Translations under genes and position numbers: made by a program | Shown here: in pieces, positions 39,087 to 47,557 of the stretch | Numbering within the stretch: position 1 is the first letter of the stretch | How the letters are laid out: each line of letters begins with the position of its first letter | Origin: a virus | Direction: 5' to 3' (one strand) | IMG/VR virus record: IMGVR_UViG_3300044638_007036 | Coordinates: 18,096-82,095 of that record | DNA length: 64,000 bases | The notes under the pieces: generated by a model | Told to the model about the DNA's origin: nothing | Seen by the model: the letters and a program-made list of their open reading frames with translations, nothing else | The model's database searches: none

Positions 39087-39205
39087 GCTTCGTATATTCT
39101 ATAAAGAAGACTGACTTAGTTGGTTATTGTCAAAGGGGGGGGGTGGTGGGTGTTAGCCGTGACGAGTTTGGGTTACTGTCTGTACACCAGAATGGGTGTT
39201 TATAT

Positions 39206-39217
39206 ATCTATGCACTA
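39206..39217 (+). repeat. Direct repeat copy 1 (ATCTATGCACTA)
   Basis: Matches 40366-40377 and 41548-41559. Confidence 0.75.
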
Positions 39218-39274
39218 CCTTATGTAAACTTCTGCACTCAGTAGCTCATTGTGGGTGCTATTGTTTACACTATG

Positions 39275-39284
39275 AACAAATGTA
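39275..39284 (+). promoter_or_regulatory. Putative late-promoter motif AACAAATGTA
   Basis: Starts 27 nt before ATG 39302. Confidence 0.65.
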
Positions 39285-39301
39285 TTTATTGAGGATTAAA
39301 C

Positions 39302-40366
39302 ATGGGTAAGAAGATAAGCAAAGAAGAACTCTCTAATGAACAAATCGAACAATTAATCGAAGAGTTTGCTAATCTTACTGAAGAAGAAAGGCAAAAGCGT
39401 CTACTAGGTAAAGGTGCATACAAGTCAGCTTATGAAATACCCGGAAAAGACTTTGTAATAAAGAAGCCACACTATACCAGCGAAGCAATCAACGACATGG
39501 CTAGAGAATACGGAGTTAATAAAAGACTACTAGATGAAGTGGATTTAGAACCTCCCATACTTGTTACTCGTAAAAATGAACTTGGAGAAAGAGATCCGTT
39601 CCACATTCAAAGACGAGTAGCTCCTTTAAACGACGAACTACGAGAGACTATTACAAATGATCCTAAACTTAAATCATTTAAGGAAGAAGAAGATTTCCTT
39701 TCTCAGCTAATGAAGAAGTCAGACGCAGCTAGAACTAGGGCTCTTAATGAAAACGATTTAGTAGCTGCAAAAAACTATGCAAAAGACTACCAAGATGCTT
39801 ATAGCAAACTTCAACAAGTAACTAATGCAAAAATAGAAAGAAGAAATAATCTTTCCCAACCAGCAATGGAGCTTATCGATAAAGTTAGTGAGGGTATTGA
39901 AAAGGCTAATCTTAGAGGTGCAGATATCCACGAAGGAAACATCACCAAGAAAGGTAGCGTCTTCGATCTAGGATCGTGGGTTGACTACATTGATGATGAC
40001 GCTAAAAGTAAGGGTCTTTCTAAGATGAGATCAAACATCGTAAAAAAAACCATCTCAGAAGCAAAAAAACCAACCAAGTTTGGCATATATAGAGCCCTCA
40101 TTCCTCTTGTCGCAAAAGGAGCTTTGGCTGGAGCTACGGGATTAGCCTCTTTAGCAGCAGAAGCTTCTGATGCTACAGAAGAAGGAAGTTCTATTGAAGA
40201 AGCAGCTATGGAGAGAGAAAAGCAAGATCGTAAGTTTCGCAATACCGTAGGACAAGATACTTATAATGCATCGCAAAAATTATTAAGAAGTATTGGTCCT
40301 AAAGATCTAATTGATCCAGATGCGCAAAAATCTCAATTTAGAACACTTAGAAATAAGCTTAAGTAA
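39302..40366 (+). CDS. Protein-kinase-like protein with a coiled-coil insertion and hydrophobic/basic C-terminus
   Basis: Gly loop 'LLGKGAYKSAYE', 'FVIKK', catalytic loop 'ADIHEGNI', 'VFDLG'. Confidence 0.75.
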   Translation: MGKKISKEELSNEQIEQLIEEFANLTEEERQKRLLGKGAYKSAYEIPGKDFVIKKPHYTSEAINDMAREYGVNKRLLDEVDLEPPILVTRKNELGERDPFHIQRRVAPLNDELRETITNDPKLKSFKEEEDFLSQLMKKSDAARTRALNENDLVAAKNYAKDYQDAYSKLQQVTNAKIERRNNLSQPAMELIDKVSEGIEKANLRGADIHEGNITKKGSVFDLGSWVDYIDDDAKSKGLSKMRSNIVKKTISEAKKPTKFGIYRALIPLVAKGALAGATGLASLAAEASDATEEGSSIEEAAMEREKQDRKFRNTVGQDTYNASQKLLRSIGPKDLIDPDAQKSQFRTLRNKLK

Positions 40367-40377
40367 TCTATGCACTA
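40364..40377 (+). repeat. Direct repeat copy 2 (TAATCTATGCACTA)
   Basis: Begins at the kinase stop codon; identical to 41546-41559. Confidence 0.8.
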
Positions 40378-40389
40378 TAAAGGAATGGC

Positions 40390-41334
40390 ATGAGAGTATC
40401 TAGAAATAAAGTACCGTTTAAGCCACAAGAATTTGAAAAAAATTATTCTCCATCTGAAAAAGATATTTCTCATATGGAAAGTCTTGCCAAGCAAAATAAG
40501 CTAGACGAATTAAATGATTTTATAAATAATAAAATGGTTGGAGCGGAATTAGACTCCAATGCTCCCGGAATACCAACTAGAGACTTCCTAACTGAAGCAC
40601 TTTCAAAATCAATAAGAAAAAGACAACCAGAGTTGGCTAATCTATCAGCAGAACAAAAACTTAACTATTTTAAAGATCAAGTATATCCGGGAGTTGATGA
40701 ATTTAGAAAAAAAATGGGATTGTCCAGTTTAAAATTAAAAGCAATTCCATGGGTTGGTAGTGAATACAATTATGAAACTGGAGAATTAAACTATGATGAT
40801 AGATATAAAAATGACCCTATGCAAGAGGGAACTATGCTGCACGAACTTGCTCATTCTGCGGATCACGCATTCCAAGATCAAGCACAAAGAGAATCTCTTA
40901 TAGATCATTATAGAAATATAGCTGTTTTTGATGGCGAACGTCCTGAACATCCAAAAAATAATAATCATCAAGAATTTAAAAATTCCCAGTTAGGAAGAGA
41001 AATAATAAATGATTATATTAAAAAATTGCCTAAATTAAAGAAGTTAGATAGTGGTCAAAGCCGTACGACAAATTCAGAAATTGATGGTTGGATGAATAAA
41101 GGGTATTCTAAGATTAAAAGAATGCCAAATTTTGAGGACTATGATTGGAAATCGGGAGATTTTAACTCAGATGTAATTCAAAATCCAGTAGATAAATATA
41201 AGCAGATTGGAACAGATCATCACTCAGGTAGAGCATTTTCTTTAGATAACTTCATTAACTTTGCAAAAGGTGGTCTTAAGGATGTTGTTCAAAATGAGAA
41301 TAGATTTAAAAAATTAAGAAGTAAACTAACATAA
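40390..41334 (+). CDS. HEXXH Zn metallopeptidase-like protein, paralog of 59459-60628
   Basis: 'GTMLHELAHSADH'; colinear similarity to the post-portal protein. Confidence 0.7.
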   Translation: MRVSRNKVPFKPQEFEKNYSPSEKDISHMESLAKQNKLDELNDFINNKMVGAELDSNAPGIPTRDFLTEALSKSIRKRQPELANLSAEQKLNYFKDQVYPGVDEFRKKMGLSSLKLKAIPWVGSEYNYETGELNYDDRYKNDPMQEGTMLHELAHSADHAFQDQAQRESLIDHYRNIAVFDGERPEHPKNNNHQEFKNSQLGREIINDYIKKLPKLKKLDSGQSRTTNSEIDGWMNKGYSKIKRMPNFEDYDWKSGDFNSDVIQNPVDKYKQIGTDHHSGRAFSLDNFINFAKGGLKDVVQNENRFKKLRSKLT

Positions 41335-41354
41335 ATACCAATTTGTAAGAATTA

Positions 41355-41546
41355 CTATATAGTCTTTCTTACAAGTAGCTCTAGTAGTCGCAATTCAATC
41401 TCTAGCTCTTCCAAATTTATCACCATATACTTTGCTAATACCATTAGCCTATATTCGTCAGGTACAGAGTCCATCTCTCTTTCTAGACGATTCTGGAGCG
41501 TTTGGAGATGTGGGTGTTCTTGTAAAAATAGTTTTAGTTCTTCCAT
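41355..41546 (-). CDS. Small helical hypothetical protein
   Basis: ORF convergent on 40390; start abuts repeat copy 3. Confidence 0.55.
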   Translation of the reverse strand: MEELKLFLQEHPHLQTLQNRLEREMDSVPDEYRLMVLAKYMVINLEELEIELRLLELLVRKTI

Positions 41547-41559
41547 AATCTATGCACTA
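41546..41559 (+). repeat. Direct repeat copy 3 (TAATCTATGCACTA)
   Basis: Identical to 40364-40377. Confidence 0.8.
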
Positions 41560-41865
41560 GCTTTGATACACTCCAACCACTACACTTAAAATTACTAAAA
41601 ATAATACGGCTTCAGATATACTCATGTCTACTCACTCCTTCGAGAATAGTCCTCGCCAAGAGGCGAGCCATGAAATTTATTTCACAATATAAATTTCCTT
41701 ACAGTACTTCTATAAATGTCCAACTACCTACTACCGTGTAGAGATCTTCTAGAGTTTCGATACAGAAGTACCGCCATTTACTAGACAGATCACAGTAATA
41801 GAATACTAAATTTTCAGAGTATACGATACCTAAGTTATCGTTATGAGTAATGTAATACCCATGTT

Positions 41866-42633
41866 TCATTTAGTATCTCCTTTGTACAAATCAGGATTTC
41901 CCAAACTATCCCATTCCTCTTCTGATTTTTTAAGAATATCTTCTTTACTAAAAGATCTAATTGCTAAACCTTTTAAGTGGTAATTTAATTCTGCTGTTAC
42001 AGTAGGATCATCGTGATATAAATGAAAAGCTCTTGCGTTTTTCATAACTCCATACTTTAAACATTTTCCAATTTTAAAAGAAACTAAATCATCTTCTCCG
42101 CCCCATCCTTCAAAATTTTCTGGATACCCTCCTATCAGTTTATATGTCTCAGTTTTAAAACATATAACTCCCCCAGCTAAAGGTATTATGGTTGCTCTTT
42201 TTTCTTTGAATTCTGGCAAGCTAATTAGAGAATTAAAATCTAAATTCAAAATAAATTCTGTGGATTGATTTTTATTTAGATACGTAACATTTTGATGGAA
42301 GGGAGATATCGCATCATATTCTTTCAAATTTTCTATAGATTTTTCTATAGTAATTTTATTACAAATTAAATCCGAGTCTCCTAAGATTACATTTTGAAAT
42401 CCTTCTTCTATTGCTTTTTTAACAGCCACATTCAACGACCACGATTTATTAAATTTTTTAGGATTGTACAAAAATAGGGAATCTTTAATTATTTGACTTT
42501 CTCCTTGCTCTACTACGCAAAGATCAAGATTTGGAAAATTAAGCTTTATGTGCTTTTTTAAAGTTTCTAAATTTAGTAATCTTCGAACATCGCCGTTGTA
42601 TTTAAACGGTATAATATATCTAGTTTTATTCAC
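41866..42633 (-). CDS. GT-A glycosyltransferase (GT2/GT7 galactosyltransferase-like)
   Basis: 'IIPF', 'VVEQ', 'FNKSWSLN', DxD 'GDSD', 'GGYPENFEGWGGEDD', 'FHLYH'. Confidence 0.9.
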   Translation of the reverse strand: MNKTRYIIPFKYNGDVRRLLNLETLKKHIKLNFPNLDLCVVEQGESQIIKDSLFLYNPKKFNKSWSLNVAVKKAIEEGFQNVILGDSDLICNKITIEKSIENLKEYDAISPFHQNVTYLNKNQSTEFILNLDFNSLISLPEFKEKRATIIPLAGGVICFKTETYKLIGGYPENFEGWGGEDDLVSFKIGKCLKYGVMKNARAFHLYHDDPTVTAELNYHLKGLAIRSFSKEDILKKSEEEWDSLGNPDLYKGDTK

Positions 42634-42832
42634 TTAAAATCTCTTTTATTTCAGTAGTTAGTTCTTCTATAGATATAATCTCTCTCTCATCATATTTACT
42701 GAGTTTTCTAATATATCTTTCTATATCTTCTAATTTTTTTGCAGTTTTTGCAGCACTTTGAAAAAGTTCTAATTCGTCTTTATCTTCGTAAGGATCAAAC
42801 TCATATATTATTTTCATGTAAGAAGTTAGCAA
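42626..42832 (-). CDS. Hypothetical protein (start probably ATG 42817)
   Basis: ORF overlapping the GT start. Confidence 0.55.
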   Translation of the reverse strand: MLTSYMKIIYEFDPYEDKDELELFQSAAKTAKKLEDIERYIRKLSKYDEREIISIEELTTEIKEILSE

Positions 42833-42834
42833 CT

Positions 42835-42870
42835 ACCTCACAACTTAGATTTAGTAGGTATGTGACACCT
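42835..42870. repeat. Bipartite hairpin element, copy B
   Basis: ACCTCACAACTT-N10-GGTATGTGACACCT; arms identical to 45489-45537. Confidence 0.8.
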
Positions 42871-42893
42871 AAGGGTAACGCTGCGATAATTTA

Positions 42894-43298
42894 TTATACC
42901 ATATAATATCCATAAAAAAATCCCAACCAGTACTGATTATTTTTATATCCCGATTTAAAAGTATGAGTAGGAAACCATATCTTACTAAGTTGGTTAGCTA
43001 TTTTTTCAGTATATAATTCTGCGTTTAGGGCGTATCTTGCAAAATTTTTTCTCCCCATTTTTTCTATTGCTTTATAGTGATTTGATTTATGATAAATCGG
43101 ATATTTATTTTCTATGTCGTTTTTGTAATGTGCGAGTTCATGGCAAAATACTGATATAGTCTCAACATCAGTCATGTCATTACTTATTATCATCTTGCCT
43201 TTCCAGTACAAGCCACCAGTATTTTTATTAGAGATTTTTATACTACATCCATAAATTTTACAAATTTCTCTTATGTATTTTTTTAAATACTTGCTCAA
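42894..43298 (-). CDS. ImmA/IrrE-like HEXXH metallopeptidase
   Basis: 'FCHELAHY' with downstream 'AELYTEKIA'. Confidence 0.6.
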   Translation of the reverse strand: MSKYLKKYIREICKIYGCSIKISNKNTGGLYWKGKMIISNDMTDVETISVFCHELAHYKNDIENKYPIYHKSNHYKAIEKMGRKNFARYALNAELYTEKIANQLSKIWFPTHTFKSGYKNNQYWLGFFYGYYMV

Positions 43299-43528
43299 TC
43301 TCTAAATCCTTTTATAGTAAGTAAGTCCCCATCTTGAATTCCCAAATCGGGATCTAAGCAAATTGCTTTACTTTTTATAAAAAAATCAACTGGTCCGGGA
43401 ATATTAATTTCATGATGACCTATTAGTCTTAGCCCATTTAAATACACAGAGCAATCTTTCATTTCGTAATCTAGTAAGTAACTATATTTTTCCTTTTTTA
43501 AATTTATAAATTCTACGCACCAGATCAT
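43295..43528 (-). CDS. Hypothetical protein
   Basis: ATGA overlaps with both neighbours. Confidence 0.55.
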   Translation of the reverse strand: MIWCVEFINLKKEKYSYLLDYEMKDCSVYLNGLRLIGHHEINIPGPVDFFIKSKAICLDPDLGIQDGDLLTIKGFRD

Positions 43529-43788
43529 TGCATCTCCTTTTTCTTTTTTATTTCAAAAATAGTTAAATGCTTTTCAATTTCTGTTTTAGTCATTCTATAT
43601 GTATCAGGACAAGTACACTTATAGGGCATATTTAGACTTCTAGCTTTTAATTGATTTTCGTAGCATTGATCTGAAAATAGTAATTCTAACTCAGATCTCT
43701 TATGTTCTAGATCAAAGTCCACTATCTGTTCATTTGTAAGATTTACGTTTAATTCTTTTGCTATTTTTTTCTTGTTTTCAGATTTCAT
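43525..43788 (-). CDS. Hypothetical protein
   Basis: ATGA overlaps with both neighbours. Confidence 0.55.
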   Translation of the reverse strand: MKSENKKKIAKELNVNLTNEQIVDFDLEHKRSELELLFSDQCYENQLKARSLNMPYKCTCPDTYRMTKTEIEKHLTIFEIKKKKEMQ

Positions 43789-44426
43789 ATTTCAATCGTT
43801 ATGGGGTTGATTATAAGATCGGAATAAGGTATTCCACAAATGGAAGCATTTATAGTCACATAGTTCTCATAATTTGTAGATTCAAGAGAGCACCCTCTAC
43901 TTTCATGAATATGTCCGCAAACGTGTAATTTTAATTTATTAAATCTATGCTCAATATGATTAGTTAAAGTCGCACTTCCTACATGTCCTCCCGGACATTT
44001 ATCTAGTCTAAAAAATGCAGGTCCATGAGTAACTAGTATGTCTATATCGTGATCTATAGAACTCCATATACTATCTAATTCTAAATCTGGTAATCCGTAT
44101 GCCCATCTTCCAAATTCCTTAGAGTAAGGACTTCCGAATATTTTCAAACCATTTATTTCTACGTGTTCATTATTCAACAAAATAATATTATTTTCCATAC
44201 AAAGTTTTTGCAAGCTTTGTATATTTTTACTTACTCCTACTTCGTGATTTCCACAAATTAAAATCTTGTAATTAGATTCCTGAACGGCATACCATTCTAT
44301 AAAATTTCTAACCTCATCTTGTTTTCCTCTATTAGTAAAATCTCCTGCATGAATAATCATATCACAAGGAGGAATTATTAGTTGATCATGAAGTTGATGA
44401 GTATCAGAAATACAGGTTATCTTCAT
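43785..44426 (-). CDS. Calcineurin-like metallophosphoesterase
   Basis: 'ISDTH', 'HAGDFT', 'CGNHE', 'VTHGP', 'CGHIHE'. Confidence 0.92.
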   Translation of the reverse strand: MKITCISDTHQLHDQLIIPPCDMIIHAGDFTNRGKQDEVRNFIEWYAVQESNYKILICGNHEVGVSKNIQSLQKLCMENNIILLNNEHVEINGLKIFGSPYSKEFGRWAYGLPDLELDSIWSSIDHDIDILVTHGPAFFRLDKCPGGHVGSATLTNHIEHRFNKLKLHVCGHIHESRGCSLESTNYENYVTINASICGIPYSDLIINPITIEI

Positions 44427-44686
44427 TTTGTTCTTTTTGTAAATCTATGATTGTGTTTTTTTCTACAGTAGTCAGAACAATATACGACAGCTATTCCAGA
44501 TTTAGTTTCATATATATAGTACGGCAGATGTATATAGTGCTTTATAATATAGCCCCGTGGAGGAGCTAGCATTGTTGTGGTTAGCGGTGCTGAAAAAATT
44601 TTACTGCATTTTTCACATCGTACTGTATTATCTATTTTAACATTCGCATATTGATTAACAACTTTTCCATCTATATTATAACTCAT
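44423..44686 (-). CDS. Small Zn-finger protein
   Basis: CEKC...YCSDYC. Confidence 0.55.
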   Translation of the reverse strand: MSYNIDGKVVNQYANVKIDNTVRCEKCSKIFSAPLTTTMLAPPRGYIIKHYIHLPYYIYETKSGIAVVYCSDYCRKKHNHRFTKRTK

Positions 44687-44846
44687 TTACGTATGCACCT
44701 TGCTTTAATTTTGATTCCATTTTTCTCCATATCTATCAATTTAGATATAGCTTGTAAGCAGGTTGATTCAGAATTAAAAGTGGATACATTTGTACTTATA
44801 GAAGTACCTAAACTATTAATCACGATTAAATATAATAAATACTCCA

Positions 44847-45083
44847 TTATCTATCCTCACATAATTTAAAAATTCTTCCATTTACATATATCTTTTTTAA
44901 TCTAAAAACATCTTTGCTAATAAACATTTTATCGATAACTACTGACATGATAGCCATCGTTAATGCTATTCCAACTACTAAACCGTGAATAAAGTTCAAT
45001 GCCAATTTTTGTTTAACCATACTGCTATAAATGGAACTCCTAAAGTTATTATAACTTGTACAATCTGAAAAGCCAAACGCCAT
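44847..45083 (-). CDS. Small membrane protein (start probably at an internal ATG)
   Basis: TM helix 'FIHGLVVGIALTMAIMSVVI'. Confidence 0.45.
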   Translation of the reverse strand: MAFGFSDCTSYNNFRSSIYSSMVKQKLALNFIHGLVVGIALTMAIMSVVIDKMFISKDVFRLKKIYVNGRIFKLCEDR

Positions 45084-45126
45084 CTTTCATAAGCTGACAT
45101 TCGATTAAAATCTTCTTTTATAAATT

Positions 45127-45315
45127 TTATAATTTTTTCTGAGAGATGCATTTTGCTAAATTCTTGTAATCACCAAGAAATCCACCATCTAAGCACTTTG
45201 TATAGTATTGTTGACACTTAAGTTGCCTCTCTTCTGTGAATTGTATCAGGGTTGATGAATTTGCTCCTGCTCCATTTAATTGACAAAGTAATGCTATAGT
45301 TTGAATGATTTCCAT
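45127..45315 (-). CDS. Small Cys-containing hypothetical protein
   Basis: RBS GGGAG. Confidence 0.55.
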   Translation of the reverse strand: MEIIQTIALLCQLNGAGANSSTLIQFTEERQLKCQQYYTKCLDGGFLGDYKNLAKCISQKKL

Positions 45316-45488
45316 ATTACTCCCTAATTCTTAAGGCTCTAATAAAAAAAACACATGCTGTTATACCAAACCCAATTCCAACAATTGGAAATCCCCTGAC
45401 TGTCATAAAGACATTTAGAAGAGTGAATAAATAACCTATAACTGTTAATTCTAATTTTTTTTGTATCATATGTTAAAAGCGAGCCGCC

Positions 45489-45537
45489 ACCTCACAACTT
45501 CCCAGAAATCTATAACATCTAGGGGTATGTGACACCT
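45489..45537. repeat. Bipartite hairpin element, copy A
   Basis: ACCTCACAACTT-N23-GGTATGTGACACCT. Confidence 0.8.
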
Positions 45538-45564
45538 CGGAGGAGGGAGTACTAAAACGTGGTA

Positions 45565-45756
45565 TCAAAGTACTCTTAAACTAACTCCAAAGCGGGAGGC
45601 TACGCTTCGGACAGTTTTTAAAGGTCGATGAATAATAGCTGCGATATTTTTTGCTGACATTTTTCCTGCATTATTTACAATGAATTCAACAGTTCCAAAA
45701 GTTAATGGCTTATTTAGTTTAGTCCATTTTCCATTTACCTTAGACAATTTCTTCAT
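45565..45756 (-). CDS. Small basic HTH DNA-binding protein
   Basis: 'EFIVNNAGKMSAKNIAAIIHRPLKTVRSVASRFGVSL'; RBS AGGAG; extended -10 (TGCTATAAT) upstream near 45780. Confidence 0.65.
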   Translation of the reverse strand: MKKLSKVNGKWTKLNKPLTFGTVEFIVNNAGKMSAKNIAAIIHRPLKTVRSVASRFGVSLRVL

Positions 45757-45808
45757 AAAACTCCTTTATTTATTAATTTATTATAGCACGAGATTTATTT
45801 AAATAAAA

Positions 45809-46948
45809 TTATTTTTTATTAAATAATTGGTCTATAAGTTTTTCATATCCTTTTATATTTTCAGGATTGTCTATTAAATAACGACTTGCAAACTTCCTAC
45901 TTCTTTCTAAGTACTTATTATTAGGATACTCTAAATTATCAAAATTTCGTATCACGTACTCAAGATGTTCAACCGCAATTGTTGCGTTATTTTCAGGATA
46001 ATACCATCCTAAGTCTTTCATCATAGAACTATTATGAACTACGGGATATCCTAGCCAAGCAGCATCCAAGTATAGATAATTTAAATCCCAATGAACTTGG
46101 TGAGATAAAACAATATCCGTATGGGTTTTTAAACTCCAAACAATTGGATATCTACTTTCAAAAAACATTTTGTTATTTTTATAGCAGTCCATTCGGTTTA
46201 CGAATTGAACAAAATCTCTTTTCTTTTTAATTCTATCTGTTCCAAACATGTTTACTTTGTCAATTGAATCAGGATTTCTATTATAAAGTTTTTCAGATAT
46301 TACAATAGGAATAATACAAGTTTTTCCCATATTTAAATTAGGCTCCATCGTTGATATTCTTTTTTTAGAATTAACCGGAGCGTAGTTTGCTGTTTTATTT
46401 TTTTGCTCATACTTTTGTATGTCTGGTTCCATGAATTTAGGACTCCATACATAGGGAGCCTCGAAAACAGGACATTTATGTATTTGTTCAAAAAAATGCT
46501 TATCTCGTTCATAGAAATGAGGACTTACCCATATAGCATCTAAATTATTGTTTTTATCATATAGTCCAGTTGATTTATCGTCAAATAATACTTTTTCATT
46601 AAAAATACTTAATTCAGATCCCAATACTTGAAATACTATTTTTTTATTTAAATTTTCTAATTCTGTAAATTCTTTTTTAGATAAATTTCCATGACACAAA
46701 ACAATTACGTCACATAAATTTTCAGCTTCTTTTACTGAGATTATATTTTTAGAATAAGGTTCCCAAAAAGTATTTTTGTAATCTTCGGGATTTATATTAG
46801 CAGAATTAATAATGTATGAATTATTTACATTCTTACATTTTTTATATAGTTCTTGTAGCAATATTACATTTTGACGAATTCCATTACTAAATGGAGAGTC
46901 TTTTTTTGGATCTTTTAAAATTATAGTAATTCCTATATTAATCTTCAT
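45809..46948 (-). CDS. DUF2827-like putative glycosyltransferase-related protein
   Basis: 'NIGITI...FSNGIRQN', 'PYVWSP.F', 'EPNLNMGKT..IP', 'DIVLSHQ...LNYLYLD..W.GYPVVHNS'. Confidence 0.75.
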   Translation of the reverse strand: MKINIGITIILKDPKKDSPFSNGIRQNVILLQELYKKCKNVNNSYIINSANINPEDYKNTFWEPYSKNIISVKEAENLCDVIVLCHGNLSKKEFTELENLNKKIVFQVLGSELSIFNEKVLFDDKSTGLYDKNNNLDAIWVSPHFYERDKHFFEQIHKCPVFEAPYVWSPKFMEPDIQKYEQKNKTANYAPVNSKKRISTMEPNLNMGKTCIIPIVISEKLYNRNPDSIDKVNMFGTDRIKKKRDFVQFVNRMDCYKNNKMFFESRYPIVWSLKTHTDIVLSHQVHWDLNYLYLDAAWLGYPVVHNSSMMKDLGWYYPENNATIAVEHLEYVIRNFDNLEYPNNKYLERSRKFASRYLIDNPENIKGYEKLIDQLFNKK

Positions 46949-47153
46949 CTTCCGGCTCCCATGCAGTATCGAGTGTTCCTAATTTTTTTAAATAAGCGAA
47001 TGGAGGAAGCATCCCTTCTTTTTCTAAAGCTGATAAAATTCTTTCGTTTAAAGGGACAAATCCTTCTAAATTATCTAAATCTACTTTTACCCAATCATCC
47101 ACAAATTTTCCATAAGTATCATCAATAATTTTTAAAGCATCTTTTCTTTTCAT
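46938..47153 (-). CDS. Small protein, 'MKRS...' paralog family
   Basis: MKRKDALKII...ILSALEKEGMLPP...WEPE. Confidence 0.6.
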   Translation of the reverse strand: MKRKDALKIIDDTYGKFVDDWVKVDLDNLEGFVPLNERILSALEKEGMLPPFAYLKKLGTLDTAWEPEDED

Positions 47154-47557
47154 TAAAAGTCCATTCTTAAAGCATGGGTTATTATTCCAACAGAAAAAAG
47201 ATTATCTATGGAAATATTTTTTGTTAATCTAATTCTATAGTCTAATCCAATAACTGGAGTTATTCCATTAAAAGAAGGAGGTTCAATTCCAATTTCTCTA
47301 AATTTTTTAAAATTAGTATTATATCCTCCGGCAATAAATTCTAAATTGTTTGCTAATTTAAAAGAACTTATAGGTCCGATTATAGATCCACAAGAAGAAT
47401 CCTTTCCAGAAATAACGCCCACTTTAGTTTTCTCTGTACCCACTAGACCAATAACATATTCATTATGTATAGTACCATAATTATTTAATCTTTTACAGTA
47501 TGGTAAATTACTTCCAATATAATGATGAGTAATACCCCCATATAAAATAGAAATCAT
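47153..47557 (-). CDS. Hypothetical beta-rich protein
   Basis: TAATG coupling on both sides. Confidence 0.6.
   Translation of the reverse strand: MISILYGGITHHYIGSNLPYCKRLNNYGTIHNEYVIGLVGTEKTKVGVISGKDSSCGSIIGPISSFKLANNLEFIAGGYNTNFKKFREIGIEPPSFNGITPVIGLDYRIRLTKNISIDNLFSVGIITHALRMDF

Noticed and set aside
41652-41667. CTCGCC-AAGA-GGCGAG hairpin as an intrinsic terminator
   Set aside because: No adjacent U-tract on either strand; single copy, function unsupported
42835-45537. TCACA/TGTGA arms as CRP sites, tRNA fragments or integron attC sites
   Set aside because: Half-site order and spacing do not fit TGTGA-N6-TCACA; no T-loop or cloverleaf; no RYYYAAC/GTTRRRY ends and no integrase
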